Source: Heterodontus francisci (Eukaryota). From it: a stretch of 46,406 nucleotides of DNA. The stretch lies in contig NC_090416.1 in NCBI RefSeq assembly GCF_036365525.1, positions 16,774,945 to 16,821,350 on the forward strand, written 5' to 3'. Below the pieces are notes generated by a model that saw only the letters and a program-made list of their open reading frames with translations, did no database searches and was not told where the DNA came from. The translations under genes and the position numbers were made by a program. Below are positions 12,030 through 23,900 of this stretch, one piece after another (position 1 is the first letter of the stretch; each line of letters begins with the position of its first letter).

Positions 12030-12802
12030 CTTAATTGGATGTGGACATCACTTGGCCCTGCCCGCATTTATTGCCCATCCCTCATTGCCGTTGAGGGCGG
12101 CACAGTGGCGCAGTGGTTAGCATTACAGCCTCACAGCTCCAGGAACCCGGGTTCGATTCCGGGTACTGCCTGTGTGGAGTTTGCAAGTTCTCCCTGTGTC
12201 TGCGTGGGTTTTCTCCGGGTGCTCCGGTTTCCTCCCACAAGCCAAAAGACTTGCAGGTTGATAGGTAAATTGGCCATTATAAATTGTCACTAATATAGGT
12301 AGGTGGTAGGGTAATATAGGGACAGGTGGGGATGTTTGGTGGGAATATGGGATTAGTGTAGGATTAGTATAAATGGGTGGTTGATGTTCGGCACAGACTC
12401 GGTGGGCCGAAGGGACTGTTTCATTGCTGCATCTCTAATCTAATCTAAAGGTGGTGGTGGAGTCGCCTTCTTGAACTGCTACAGTGCAGTGGTTTTTGTA
12501 CAACAGAACTGAGGGCAGTTAAGAGTCAACCACATTGCCGTGGGTCTGGAGTCACATGTCGGCCAGACCAGGTGAGGACGGCAGATTTCCTTCCCTAAAA
12601 GGACATTTGTGAAACAGATGGTTTTTTGTTAATGAACATTCAATTTATGGTCACCATTACTGAGACTAGGTTTCAATTCCAATTTTTCTTTTAATTAATT
12701 AGTTGAATTTAAATTCCATGGTGGGATTTGAACTCGTGTCTCCAGAGCATTATCCTGGGCCTCTGGATTAGTAATATCGAGTGCCATAACTACTACGCCA
12801 CC
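12030..12802 (-). mobile_element. Old antisense SINE/LINE-tail composite (host of the SINE insertion)
   Basis: Minus-strand tRNA-like head GGTGGCGTAGTAG...GAGTTCAAATCCCAC; 3' part similar to plus-strand 6197-6285; uninterrupted in units 2 (~28394-28820) and 3 (~44010-44442). Confidence 0.55.
12096..12447 (+). mobile_element. tRNA-derived V-SINE (HE1-like), present only in unit 1
   Basis: A box TGGCGCAGTGG (12106), B box GGTTCGATTCC (12150), V-domain TGTGTGGAGTTTGC...CTCCGGTTTCCTCCCACA, CR1-like tail GGGCCGAAGGG...(TCTAA)n; empty site GCCGTTGAG|AAG in units 2 and 3. Confidence 0.88.
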
Positions 12803-12824
12803 TTGTGATGGATCAATATTAATT

Positions 12825-13185
12825 CTAGAAATGTGATAGGATTTGAGCCAGTGAAAGGGAGAGGGTGGGAAGAAGAACAGCAGGGAAGGTCTGTGACAGG
12901 GGTGGAGGGCAGGAGAGATTAAATGACAAAAAGGGTGTCAAGGTGCAAAGCCAAAGGGAGTGGTAATAAAAGATGTGTCTGGAGGAGATGTGAATGGCAG
13001 GATCGGAACACAAAGTAAAGGAAATAAGAGGTAAACAAGAGAGATAAAATAACAAATCAGCAAAGAAAAGGGCAACAAAAATGAGGGCAGGGGGGTTACA
13101 AACTAAAATTGTAGAATTCAGTGTTGAGTCCGGAAGGTTGTAGAGTGCCCAGTCGAAAGATGAGGTGCTGTTCCTGCAGTTAGCC
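12825..13185 (-). mobile_element. Penelope-like element 3' fragment (GIY-YIG C-terminus)
   Basis: Minus strand 13179-13102 translates LQEQHLIFRLGTLQPSGLNTEFYNFS, followed by a pyrimidine-rich tail; paralogues ~28842-29203 and ~44465-44825. Confidence 0.75.
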
Positions 13186-13441
13186 TCCGATTACTGACAT
13201 GTTCAGTCAAGTCAGTGTCGACTAGCTGCCCCCTAGACAGAGAATTTCACCCCTCCCCCATTCAAAATCCATTTCTGATTGGTCTCCACAGCAGAAACAG
13301 ACCCACCTCCCTCCCCTCCCACCAGGCAGATTCTCTGGGTCATTTTCAACTAACCCTAACCTGCATTACTATAGAGACCTCAGGATGTCCTAAAGACAGA
13401 CAAATAAACACCTGTTTTGAAGTTTTGTCATTGTAACATCG

Positions 13442-13543
13442 TAATAAAGTGTTTTCCCCTGCTCCCCTTGACCCCCTCCCTGTATTTGCATATTGACTAA
13501 TATATAGATACTAGTCTTCTCCGGGTTCCCGGAGTTACAGTAA
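13442..13543 (+). promoter_or_regulatory. Inverted orphan copy of the Ig V promoter, unit 1
   Basis: CCCTCCCTGTATTTGCATA is 19/19 identical to the reverse complement of 11103-11121; TATATA; GGAGTTACAGTAA 13/13. Homology is clear; function is unknown. Confidence 0.7.
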
Positions 13544-13600
13544 TATTGTTGAAGTGAAAGCACAATTGCTAAATGTGTGAGAAGCTGAACTCAGCTTTGC

Positions 13601-13722
13601 CCATGTAGTTGAATGGAGAGTGCACATATGTAGTTAAATGGAGTCATCCTCGTATGTAGTTAAATGGAGTCATCCACGTATGTAGTTAAATGCAGTCATC
13701 CACGTATGTAGTTAAATGCAGT
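13601..13722. repeat. 26-bp minisatellite TATGTAGTTAAATGGAGTCATCCACG (~5 copies; ~4 in units 2 and 3)
   Basis: Period 26 (13627, 13653, 13679, 13705); paralogues 29681-29775 and 45301-45396. Confidence 0.9.
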
Positions 13723-13970
13723 GTGCCAGTGTGCAGTAAAATGGGGTTGTGCACATGTCTAATGGAAAGCAGTTCAGCACCTCTAGGTTCATAGAATCTC
13801 TCACTTTGCACAGCAGATGTCACATGGCTGCAGCTTTGCCCAGGGAGCCTACCCGGTTCACACAGGATAGGCCAGGTGTTAAAGCAAGAGCATTTGGTGT
13901 TGCCTATTGAAGCTTGCACAGCGGTTAAAGGAAAATACAATTAAAGCTCACAAGATGGGAATCTTGTAAA

Positions 13971-14530
13971 GTGTCAGCCATGGCCTCGTGGCTTCAAGTC
14001 ACAATCCAGAGACTTGAGCACAAAAAGCAGTCTCACATTCGCCGTGTAGTACTGAGGGAGTGCTGCACTGTCAGAGGGTCAGTACTGAGTGAGTGCCGCA
14101 CTCAGAGGGTCAGTACTGAGGGAGTGCTGCATTGTCAGAGGGTCAGTCCTGAGGGAGCGCTGAACTGTTGGAGGGTCAGTACTGAGGGAGTGCTGAACTG
14201 TTGGAGGGTCAGTACTGAGGGAGTGCTGCACTGTCGGAGGGTCAGTACTGAGGGAGTGCTGCACTGTCTGAGGTGCCATATTCACAAGTCCCCCTCAGGT
14301 GGACATTATCGATCCCATGACTCTATTTGAAGGAGAGCAGGTGCCCTGGACAATATATATTCCAACATTAACACCTAAAGCTGTAACTGGTCATTATCAC
14401 ATTGCTATTTGTGGGAGCTTGCTGTGTAAATGACTGTCAGATTTCCTGCATTTCAACAGTGACTACATTTCAAAACACACTTCAAAAGTACGTCATTAGA
14501 TGTAAACCACTTTGGGGCAGCCTAGTGATC
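13971..14530 (+). mobile_element. DeuSINE (SacSINE1-like) with internal 33-bp minisatellite (7 copies)
   Basis: Unit GGGTCAGTACTGAGGGAGTGCTGCACTGTCAGA at 14048-14273, then TCAGGTGGAC..GATCCCATG..GTCATTATCACATTGCT. Confidence 0.7.
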
Positions 14531-15202
14531 AGACCTCTCTGTCTCTCCATCTGTCTATCTNNNNNNNNNNNNNNNNNNNNNNNNNNNNNNNNNNNNNNNN
14601 NNNNNNNNNNNNNNNNNNNNNNNNNNNNNNNNNNNNNNNNNNNNNNNNNNNNNNNNNNNNNNNNNNNNNNNNNNNNNNNNNNNNNNNNNNNNNNNNNNNN
14701 NNNNNNNNNNNNNNNNNNNNNNNNNNNNNNNNNNNNNNNNNNNNNNNNNNNNNNNNNNNNNNNNNNNNNNNNNNNNNNNNNNNNNNNNNNNNNNNNNNNN
14801 NNNNNNNNNNNNNNNNNNNNNNNNNNNNNNNNNNNNNNNNNNNNNNNNTTCTCTCCATATCTATCTATCTCTCTATCTATCTATCTATCTATCTGTCTAT
14901 CCATCTATCTGTCCATCTCTTGCTATCTATCTATCTATCTGTTTATCTATCTGTCTGTTTATCTATCNNNNNNNNNNNNNNNNNNNNNNNNNNNNNNNNN
15001 NNNNNNNNNNNNNNNNNNNNNNNNNNNNNNNNNNNNNNNNNNNNNNNNNNNNNNNNNNNNNNNNNNNNNNNNNNNNNNNNNNNNNNNNNNNNNNNNNNNN
15101 NNNNNNNNNNNNNNNNNNNNNNNNNNNNNNNNNNNNNNNNNNNNNNNNNNNNNNNNNNNNNNNNNNNNNNNNNNNNNNNNNNNNNNNNNNNNNNNNNNNN
15201 NN
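14531..15202. repeat. (TCTA/TCTG)n microsatellite, largely N
   Basis: Visible TCTA repeats at 14535-14560 and 14850-14967 bordering the N runs. Confidence 0.8.
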
Positions 15203-18200
15203 GCGGAGTTCCAGACCGGTAAGTGCAAAAACCTTACTTCGGGGATTCTCGGACAGACTCGGAGGGCGGAATTAACCTCGGTGATTCTCGGACAGACTCG
15301 GAGGGCGGAGTTAACCTCGGGGATTCTCGGACAGACTCGGAGGGCGGAGTTAACCTCGGGGATTCTCGGACAGACTCGGAGGGCGGTGTTCTCCTCGATG
15401 GGTCGAAGGGCCTGTTTCAGTGCTGTATCTCTAAATAAAAAATAAAAATAAATAAAATAATATTTATAGTAGAAATCTAGCACTGGGGACCATATCGTTT
15501 ATTATAACAATTTAGTAAGGATTTAATAAGTATTTATTTTATATTAATTAACTAATTAGTGATAGAAATGTCAGTAAAAGGGGTGAAGTGCTTCACCTGT
15601 GAGATGTGGGAAGTCCGTGACACTTCCAGCGTTCCGGGCGACTCCGCCTGCAGGAGGTTTACCCAGTTGCAGCTCCTCACAGACCACATGGATCGGTTGG
15701 AGCGGCAACTGGAAGCACTTGGGAGCATGCAGGTGGCAGAGAGCGTCATAGACAGGAGTTTTAGAGAAGTGGTTGCACCCAATGTGCAGGCAGATAGATG
15801 GGTGACCGCTAGAAGGGGCAGGCAGTCAGTGCAGGAATCCCCTGTGGCTATCCCCTTCTCCAACAAGTATACAGTTTTGGATACTGTTGGGGGGGATGGC
15901 CGAGCAGGGGAAAACAACAGCAGCAGCCAGAGCAGTGGCACCACAGCTATCACTGTTGTTCAGCAGGGAGGGACAAAGCGCAAAGAACAATAGTTATAGG
16001 GGACTCTATAGTCAGGGGCACAGATCGGCACGTCTGTGGACGTGAAAGAGACTCCAGGATGGTATGTTGCCTCCCTGGTGCCAGGGTGAAGGATGTCTCT
16101 GAACGGACAGGGGGCATTCTGAAGGGCGAGGGTGAACAGCCAGAGGTTGTGGTACACATCGGTACCAATGACAAAGGCAGGAAGAGTGCTGAGGGCCTGC
16201 AGGGGGAGTTTAGGTAGTCAGGTAGAAAGTTGTAATCTCTGGATTTAACCCTGTGCCACGTGCCAGAGAGGATAGAAATAGGAAGATAGTGCAGCTAAAC
16301 ACGTGGCTGAGCAGCTGGTGTCGAAGGGAGGGTTTCAGATATCTGGACCATTGGGCTCTCTTCAGGGACAGATGGGACCTGTACAAGAAGGACGGGTTGC
16401 ATCTAAACTGGAGGGGCACTAATATCCTGGCTGCAAAGTTTGCCAGCGTCACTCGGGAGGGTTTAAACTAGTGTGGCAGGGGGGTGGGAACCAGAGCAGT
16501 GGGACAGCTAGAAAAATAAATGAGGAGGACATAGTAAATAAGGCCAGTAAGACTAAGTGGAAGAGCAGGCAGGAAGATGTTGCTGAGCACAGCGGGACTG
16601 GTGCTCTGAAGTACATTTCTTTCAATGCGAGAAGTATAGCAGGTAAGGTAGATGAAATTAGAGCTTGGATTAGTACTTGGAAATATGATGTTGTTGCTAT
16701 TACAGAGACTTGGTTGAGGGAAGGGCAGGATTGGCAGCTAAATGTTCCAGGCTTTAGAAGCTTCAGGTGGGATAGAGGGGGATGTAAAAGGGGTGGGGGA
16801 GTTGCATTACTGGTTAAGGAGATTATCACAGCTGTACTGCGGGAGGACACCTCAGAGGGGTCATGCAGCGAGGCAATATGGGTGGAGCTCAGGAATAGGA
16901 AGGGTGCAGTCACGATGTTGGGGGTTTACTACAGGCCTCCCAACAGCCAGCGGGAGGTAGAGGACAAGATATGTAGACAGATTTTGGAAAGATGTAAAGG
17001 TAACAGGATTGTGGTGGTGGGTGATTTTAACTTCCCCGATATTGACTGGGTCTCACTTAGTGCTAGGGGCTTGGATGGGGCAGAATTTGTGAGGAGCATC
17101 CAGGAGGGCTTCTTGAAACAGAATGTAGATAGTCCAACTAGGGATGGGGCCATTCTGGACCTGGTATTGGGGAATGAGCCCGGCCAGGTGGTCGAAGTTT
17201 CAGTGGGTGAACATTTCGGGAGCAGTGACCATAATTCCATAAGTTTTAAGGTACTTGTGGATAAGGATAAGAGTAGTCCTCGGGTGAAGGTGCGAACTTG
17301 GGGGAAGGCTAATTATAACAATATTAGGCAGGAATTGAAGAATTTAGATTGGGGGGGCGGCTGTTTGAGGGTAAATCAACATCTGACATGTGGGAGTCTT
17401 TCAAACGTCAGCTGATTAGAATCCAGGACCAGCATGTTCCTGTGAGGAAGAAAGACAAGTTTGGCATGTTTCGGGAAATTTGGATAACACTGGATGTTGT
17501 GAGCCTAGTCAAAAAGGAAAAGGAAGCATTTGTAAGGGCTGGAAGGTTAGGAACAGACGAAGCACTTGAGGAATATAAAGACAGTGGGAAGGAACTTAAG
17601 CAAGGAGTTAGGAGGGCTAAAAGGGGTCATAAAAAGTCATTGGCAAACAGGATTAAGGAGAATCCCAAGTCTTTTTATACATGTATAAAGAGCAAGAGGG
17701 TACCAGGGAAAGGGTTGGCCCACTCAAGGATAGAGATGGGAATCTATGTGTGGAGCCAGAGGAAATGGGCGAGGTGCTAAATGAGTACTTTGCATCAGTA
17801 TTCACCAAAGAGAAGGACTTGGTGGATGATGAGCCGAGGGAAGGGAGTGCAGATAGTCTCAGTCATCTCATTATTAAAAAGGAGGAGGTGTTGGGTGTCT
17901 TGCAAAGCATTAAGGTAGATACGTCCCCAGGGCCTGATGGGATCTACCCTAGAATACTGAGGGAGGCAATGGAAGAAATTGCTGGGGCCTTGACAGAAAT
18001 CTTTGCATCATCATTGGCTACAGGTGAGGCCCCAGAGGACTGGAGAACAGCCAATGTTGTTCCTTTGTTTAAGAAGGGTGGCAAGGATAATCCAGGAAAT
18101 TATAGGCCTGTGAGCCTTACGTCAGTGGTTGGGAAATTATTAGAGAGGATTCTTCGGGATAGAATTTACTCCCATTTGGAAACAAACGAACTTATTAGCG

Positions 18201-19500
18201 AGAGACTGCATGGTTTTGTGCTGGGGAGGTCATGTCTTACTAATTTGATTGAGTTTTTTGAGGAAGTGACGAAGATGATTGATGAAGGAAGGGCAGTGGA
18301 TGTTATCTAAATGGAATTTATTAAAGCCTTTGACAAGGTCCCGCATGGCAGACTGGTACAAAAGATAAAGTCACATGGGATCAGAGGTGAGCTGGCAAGA
18401 TGGATACAGAACTGGCTCGGTCATAGAAGACAGAGGGTATCAGTGGATGGGTGTTTTTCTGAATGGAGGGATGTGACTAGTGGTGTTCCGCAGGGATGAG
18501 TGCTGGGACCTTTGCTGTTTGTAGTATTATAAATGATTTGGAGGAAAATGTAGCTGGTCTGATTAGTAAGTTTGCGGACGACACAAAGGTTGGTGGAGTT
18601 GCGGATAATGATGAGGATTGTCAGAGGATACAGCTGGATATAGATCGGTTGGAGACTTGGGCGGAGAAATGGCACATGGAGTTTAATCCGGACAAATGTG
18701 AGGTAATGCATTTTGGAAGGACTAATGCAGGTGGGAGGTATACAGTAAATGGCAGAACCCTTAGGAGTATAGACAGACAGAGAGATCTGGGCGTACAGGT
18801 CCACAGGTCACTGAAAGTGGCAACGCAGGTGGATAAGGTAGTCAAGAAGGCATACGGCATGCTTGCCATCATTGGTCGGGGCATAGAGTATAAAAATTGG
18901 CAAGTCATGTTGCAGCTGTACAGAACCTTAGTTAGGCCACACTTAGAATATTGCTTGCAATTCTGGTCGCCACACTACCAGAAGGACGTGGAGGCTTTGG
19001 AGAGGGTACAGAGGAGGTATACCAGGATGTTGCCTGTTCTGGAGGGCATGAGCTATGAGGAGAGGTTGGAAAAACTCGGATTGTTTTCACTGGAACGATG
19101 GAAGTGGAGGGGCGACATGATAGAGGTTTACAAAGTTATGAGCGGCATGGACAGAGTGGATAGTCAGAAGCTTTTTCCCAGGGTGGAAGAGTCAGTTACT
19201 AGGGGACATAGGTTTAAGGTGAGAGGGGCAAAGTTTAGAGGGGATGTGTGAGGCAAGTTTTTTACACAGAGGGTGGTGAGTGCCTGGAACTTGCTGCCAG
19301 GGGAGGTGGTGGAAGCAGATACGATAGCGACGTTTAAGTGACATCTTGACAAATACATGAATAGGAAGGGAATAGAGGGATATGGGCCCCGGAAGTGCAG
19401 AAGTTGTTAGTTTAGGCAGGCATCAAGATCGGTGCAGGCTTGGAGGGCCGAATGGCCTGTTCCTGTGTGGTACTGTTCTTTGTTCTTGTTCTTTGTTCTC
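15203..19500 (+). mobile_element. Near full-length CR1 LINE copy B, disabled (ORF1 zinc finger/coiled coil/SGNH esterase; ORF2 APE-RT)
   Basis: ORF1 from ~15568: CFTC...C, heptad Leu, IGDSIV, VHIGTND, DGLHL; ORF2 from ~16471 with stops and frameshifts (17415, 18310, 18499, 19251); CR1 tail. Confidence 0.95.
15230..15388 (+). repeat. 39-bp CpG-rich tandem repeat in the CR1 5' region (~4 copies)
   Basis: Unit GGCGGAGTTAACCTCGGGGATTCTCGGACAGACTCGGAG; 13-aa periodicity RRAELTSGILGQT in the ORF track. Confidence 0.9.
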
Positions 19501-19764
19501 TGTCTATCTGTCCATCTCTCTGTCTATCTATCTGTCTATCTGTCTATCTGACTATCTATCTATCGATTTATCTATCTGTCCATATCTATCTATCTATGTA
19601 TCTATCTATCTGTCTATCTATCCACCTGTCCATCTCTCTCGCTCTATCTATTTGTCTGTCTGTCCATCTCTATCTATCTGTCTGTCCATCTCTGTCTGTC
19701 TGTCTGTCTATCCCTCAGTACTGACCCTTTGACAGTGCGGCACTCCCTCAGTACTGACCCTTTG

Positions 19765-20990
19765 GGAACTGAATATTCCAGGGTATTTGACAGTTTGGAA
19801 TGACAGGAAGCAAGGAAAAGGAGGTGGTGTAGTTCAGTTAATAAAGGATGAGATCAGTACAGTAGTGAGAAATGATCTTGGCTCAGAAAATCAAGATGTG
19901 GAATCAGTTTGGGTGGAGATATGAAATAGCAAAAATTCATACAGGAGCTGCACTGTGGGACAGAGTATAAATCAAGAAATAAGGGGGGGCTTGTAAGGAA
20001 AATACTGCAGTAATCCTGGGTGATTTTAATCTTCATATAGATTGGAGTAATCAAACTGGTAAAGTTAGATAGAGGATGAGTTCATGGAGTGTACTCAGGA
20101 CAGTTTCTTAGAACAATACACTCTGGAACCAATCCGGGAGCAGGATATTTTAGACCTGGTAATGAGTAAGGAGACGGAATTAATTAATGACCTCTTAGTA
20201 AAGGAAGAATAGAAAAGTAGAATATTATTTACATGGAGAGAGACTGCAGAATGCTGCAGTACAGAGGGATCTGGGTGTCCTTGTACATGGATCACAAAAT
20301 GTTAACATGCAGGTTCAGCAAGTAATTAGGAAGAGAAATTGAATGTTGGTATTTATTGCAATGGGGATGGAGTATAAAAGTAGGGACATCTTGCTACAAC
20401 TGTACCGGGTATTGGTGAGACCGCACCTAGAGTACTGCATACAGTTTTGGTCTCCTTATTTAAGGAGGGATATACTTGCATTGGAAGCAGTTCAGAGAAG
20501 GTTCACTTGGCTGATTTCTGGGATGAAGGGATTGTCTTGTAAGGAAAGGTTGAGAAGGTTGGGCCTGTACTCATTGGAGTTTAGAAGAATGAGAGGTGAT
20601 CTTATTGAAAAGTGTAACGTTCTGAAGGGGTTTGACGGGGTAGATACTGAGAGGATGTTTCCCCTCGTGGGGGAATCTAGAACTAGGGGGAATAGTTACA
20701 GAATACGGGGTCTCCCATTTAAGACGGAGATGAGGAGGAATTTCTTCTCTGAGGGTCATTAATCTTTGGAATTCTCTTCCCCAGGGAGCAGTGGAGGCTG
20801 GGTCATTGAATATATTCAAGGCTGAGTTGGAGAGTTTTTTGATCTACAAGGGAGTTGAGGGTTATGGTGGGGGGCACACAGGAAAGTGGAGATAAGGTCA
20901 CAATCAGATCATCCGTGATCTTATCGAATGGCAGAACAGTCTCGATGGGCCGAATGGCCTTCTCCTGTTCTTATTTCTTATGCTTTTATG
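19765..20990 (+). mobile_element. Older internally deleted CR1 fragment, unit 2
   Basis: Paralogue of 3351-4580; ORF 20343-20762. Confidence 0.85.
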
Positions 20991-23900
20991 TTGAAGATAT
21001 CGTACCTGCTGTATTCAATAGCTGTCCAGGTCTTTAAAGCCCAAAGTGGCCGTAACTGTTCCTATCTGTGCAGAGAGCCCTTGGCAGTAATATAATATAA
21101 TGAAAATGGCCTGGCTGAAACTCCCCGGGTCTGGATATCTCAGTACAGATCGGGGAAGGGATGGTCGGAGTGCTGGAAACTGGGCCTTCCCAGCAAGTGT
21201 CCTGTAAGGGACTGAATGGCCTCAACGAAGGAACGAGTTCACAGAGGGAGATGAGGCTGATGTGATTGTAGTGTGTGCGAACAAGAGGAGGCCATTCAGC
21301 CCTTCGAGACTGCTGTACCATTCCATTAGATCATAGCTGGTCTGTACCTTAACCCCATATACCCTGCCTTAGCTCCATAGTCCTTGCTGCCCTTACCCAA
21401 TAAAAATCTATCAACCACAATCTTTATAACTCCATTTTTTAATGAAGTGCATTTGTATAGCGTCTTTCACAACCTCAGGATGTTCCCAAAGTGCTTCGCA
21501 GCCAATGAAATACCTTGAAAAGCAATGTTGGGAAATGAAGACTGGGATGTAGAGCAGGAGGAGTTCAGTTCAGTTCTCCTGAGGGGCCCAGTCCAGATAA
21601 TGGGTTGTTTTGTTGTAAATGTGTGACGTGTCCAAGAATGTAACCGTTTAACGGTGTTTCTCGGATTTCCGTCCTGTTTCTGTGTGTTTCAGAGCAGGGG
21701 AACTGGGCCCAGATGCTGCTGCTCTCTGCTGCTTATCAGACAGTGAACAGGGAGGTTTCGGTTCCTCCCCGAGGCTCCTCTCCCACCCCCTGCAGCGAGT
21801 GACCACACCACCTGCACCACATCACAAACAAGACAAAAGCAGCATCGATTTGGGTATCAGGATCTAAAATAAGGCTTTCAGAACACCGCCCAGGTCCCCT
21901 GTGGTTGATGACGAGGGCCTGATCTGAGCTGCATTCAGTGCCATTCTCAGACCCAGTCTGGAACCTGGCTGTTCGGCCATGTGAATCATCAACATTGTGG
22001 ATTTAACTGGACTGATAAACGTTTGATGGCCTTTAAGATACTCCTTAAAACCTACCTCTTTGACCGAGCTTTTGGTCACCTGCTCTAATATCTCCGAATG
22101 TGGCTCAGCATTAAACTTTGTTTGCTGACACTCCTTGCGACGTTTTATTACATTAAAGGCGCCATATAAATGCAGATTGGTTGTTGTTTGCAGATGACAA
22201 TTCGTTGAAGACCTTAATAACTAACCGACTGCAGGCCATGAAGTACATCAACTAAAGCCACAATTAAAACTCAAGGCTTCTGATGTAAGTACAGTACTGA
22301 AGGAATACCGCACTGCCGGAGGGGCTGTCACTTGGAATCTGCCCTCTGTTAAAGATACTGCAACCCCTATTTAGAAAAAGAGTTGGGGAGTTCTCCCCCA
22401 CCCCCGTGTCTTGGCTGATATTTATCCTTCAATCAATATCACAAAAAAAATCACCTGGGTCATTATCTCATTGTTATGTGTGTGGGATCATGCTGTGCGC
22501 AAATTGGCTGCTGTGTTTCCTACATTACAACAGTTGACTAGACTTCAAAAAAAATACTTGGTTGGCTGTAAAGCGCTGTGCGACATTCTGAAGCTGTGAA
22601 AGGAGGCTCACTGTCACCTTCTCAGGGGGACAACCAGTGATGGACAATAAATGGCTGGTCTTACCAGAGATGCCCACATCTCGAGAATGAAGAAGTGCAG
22701 GTTCTGTCTCTCTGGACGCTGTGATGTCCCCTTGTAAAACATATTGAAACTAAATAGTTCTAAAAACATCTGCATAAATACAGCATCCTCAGACTCGAGA
22801 TGAGGATTAAACCTGCATTTAATACCTCTTTAAGTGCGTGGCCCCTTTAAGGTGTGCTGAGGGACTCTGCTTTTCCAGCACTCTCTGTCCATTTACTCTT
22901 TGAGGTGATGCAACCGATACTCTCTCCACAGCCGGAGGCTCAGTTAACAGCCCTTCCCTCTTATGGCCCCTAGTTCTGCTCTCACCCGCAAGTGGAAACG
23001 TCCAGCCTTATCGAGTCCTTTCATAACCTGAAAGGCCTCCATCAGGTCCTACCCTCCCCCCTTCTCGGTCTTCTCTTTTCAACCTATCCTGGTAGCCTAT
23101 CTCAGTACTGGTACCATCCCAGCACATCTTTTCTTGCACCTTCTCCAGTGTCATTTTATAACATGGAGACGGGAACAGTGCACAGTAATTCCAAGTGTGG
23201 TCTAACTGAGGTTCCCTACAAGTTTGACTTAATGTATCTGCTTCTCAATTCTATCCCTCGAGAAATTAACCCCGGTGTTTGGATTGCTTTTTATATGGCC
23301 TTATTCAGCAGCATTGCTGCAGTTACTCTATAACCCTCGATCCACAACCCTATTTAGACTCTTTCTTCCCCACCTCCCCCTCCCTCCAGGACTAGGTGAC
23401 CTCATTCATCCTCCCAAAAAGTAGCACCTCACACTTATCCATACTGACCTTCATTTGCCAATTACACACCCATTCTGCATGTCACTTCATGTCCTGTCAT
23501 TTGTGATGGACCTAATATTAACTGCAGCCTCCCCCAATTTGGAGTCATCAGCAAGCTCTCAAATTGTACCTGGGGCTAGTCTGTCCCGTGCCATCCCATC
23601 TCTCGGACCGGGATAGTGAGCAGTTCTCCCTGGGAGGGACGGTATTTTATTCCAAACAGAGGCTTTTCCTGTAAATCACATACAATGATGGTCTAGTATG
23701 GGAGAAACTACACTTTAGGATGGGAGGGTTGTTGAGAGTGTGCAGAGGAGGTTTACCGGAATGGTTCCAGGGATGGGGGAATTCTAGTTATAAGGTCAGC
23801 CTGGAGAAGCTGGGATTGTTTTCCTTGGAGCGAAGGAGATTGCAGGGAGATTTGATAGAGGTGGACAAGATTATGACAGATCTGGATAGAGTAGACAAGG

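Noticed and set aside
12096-12170. tRNA gene
   Set aside because: A and B boxes belong to the SINE head and continue into SINE body and tail.
15559-19251. Active or domesticated reverse transcriptase gene
   Set aside because: Multiple stops and frameshifts in every copy.
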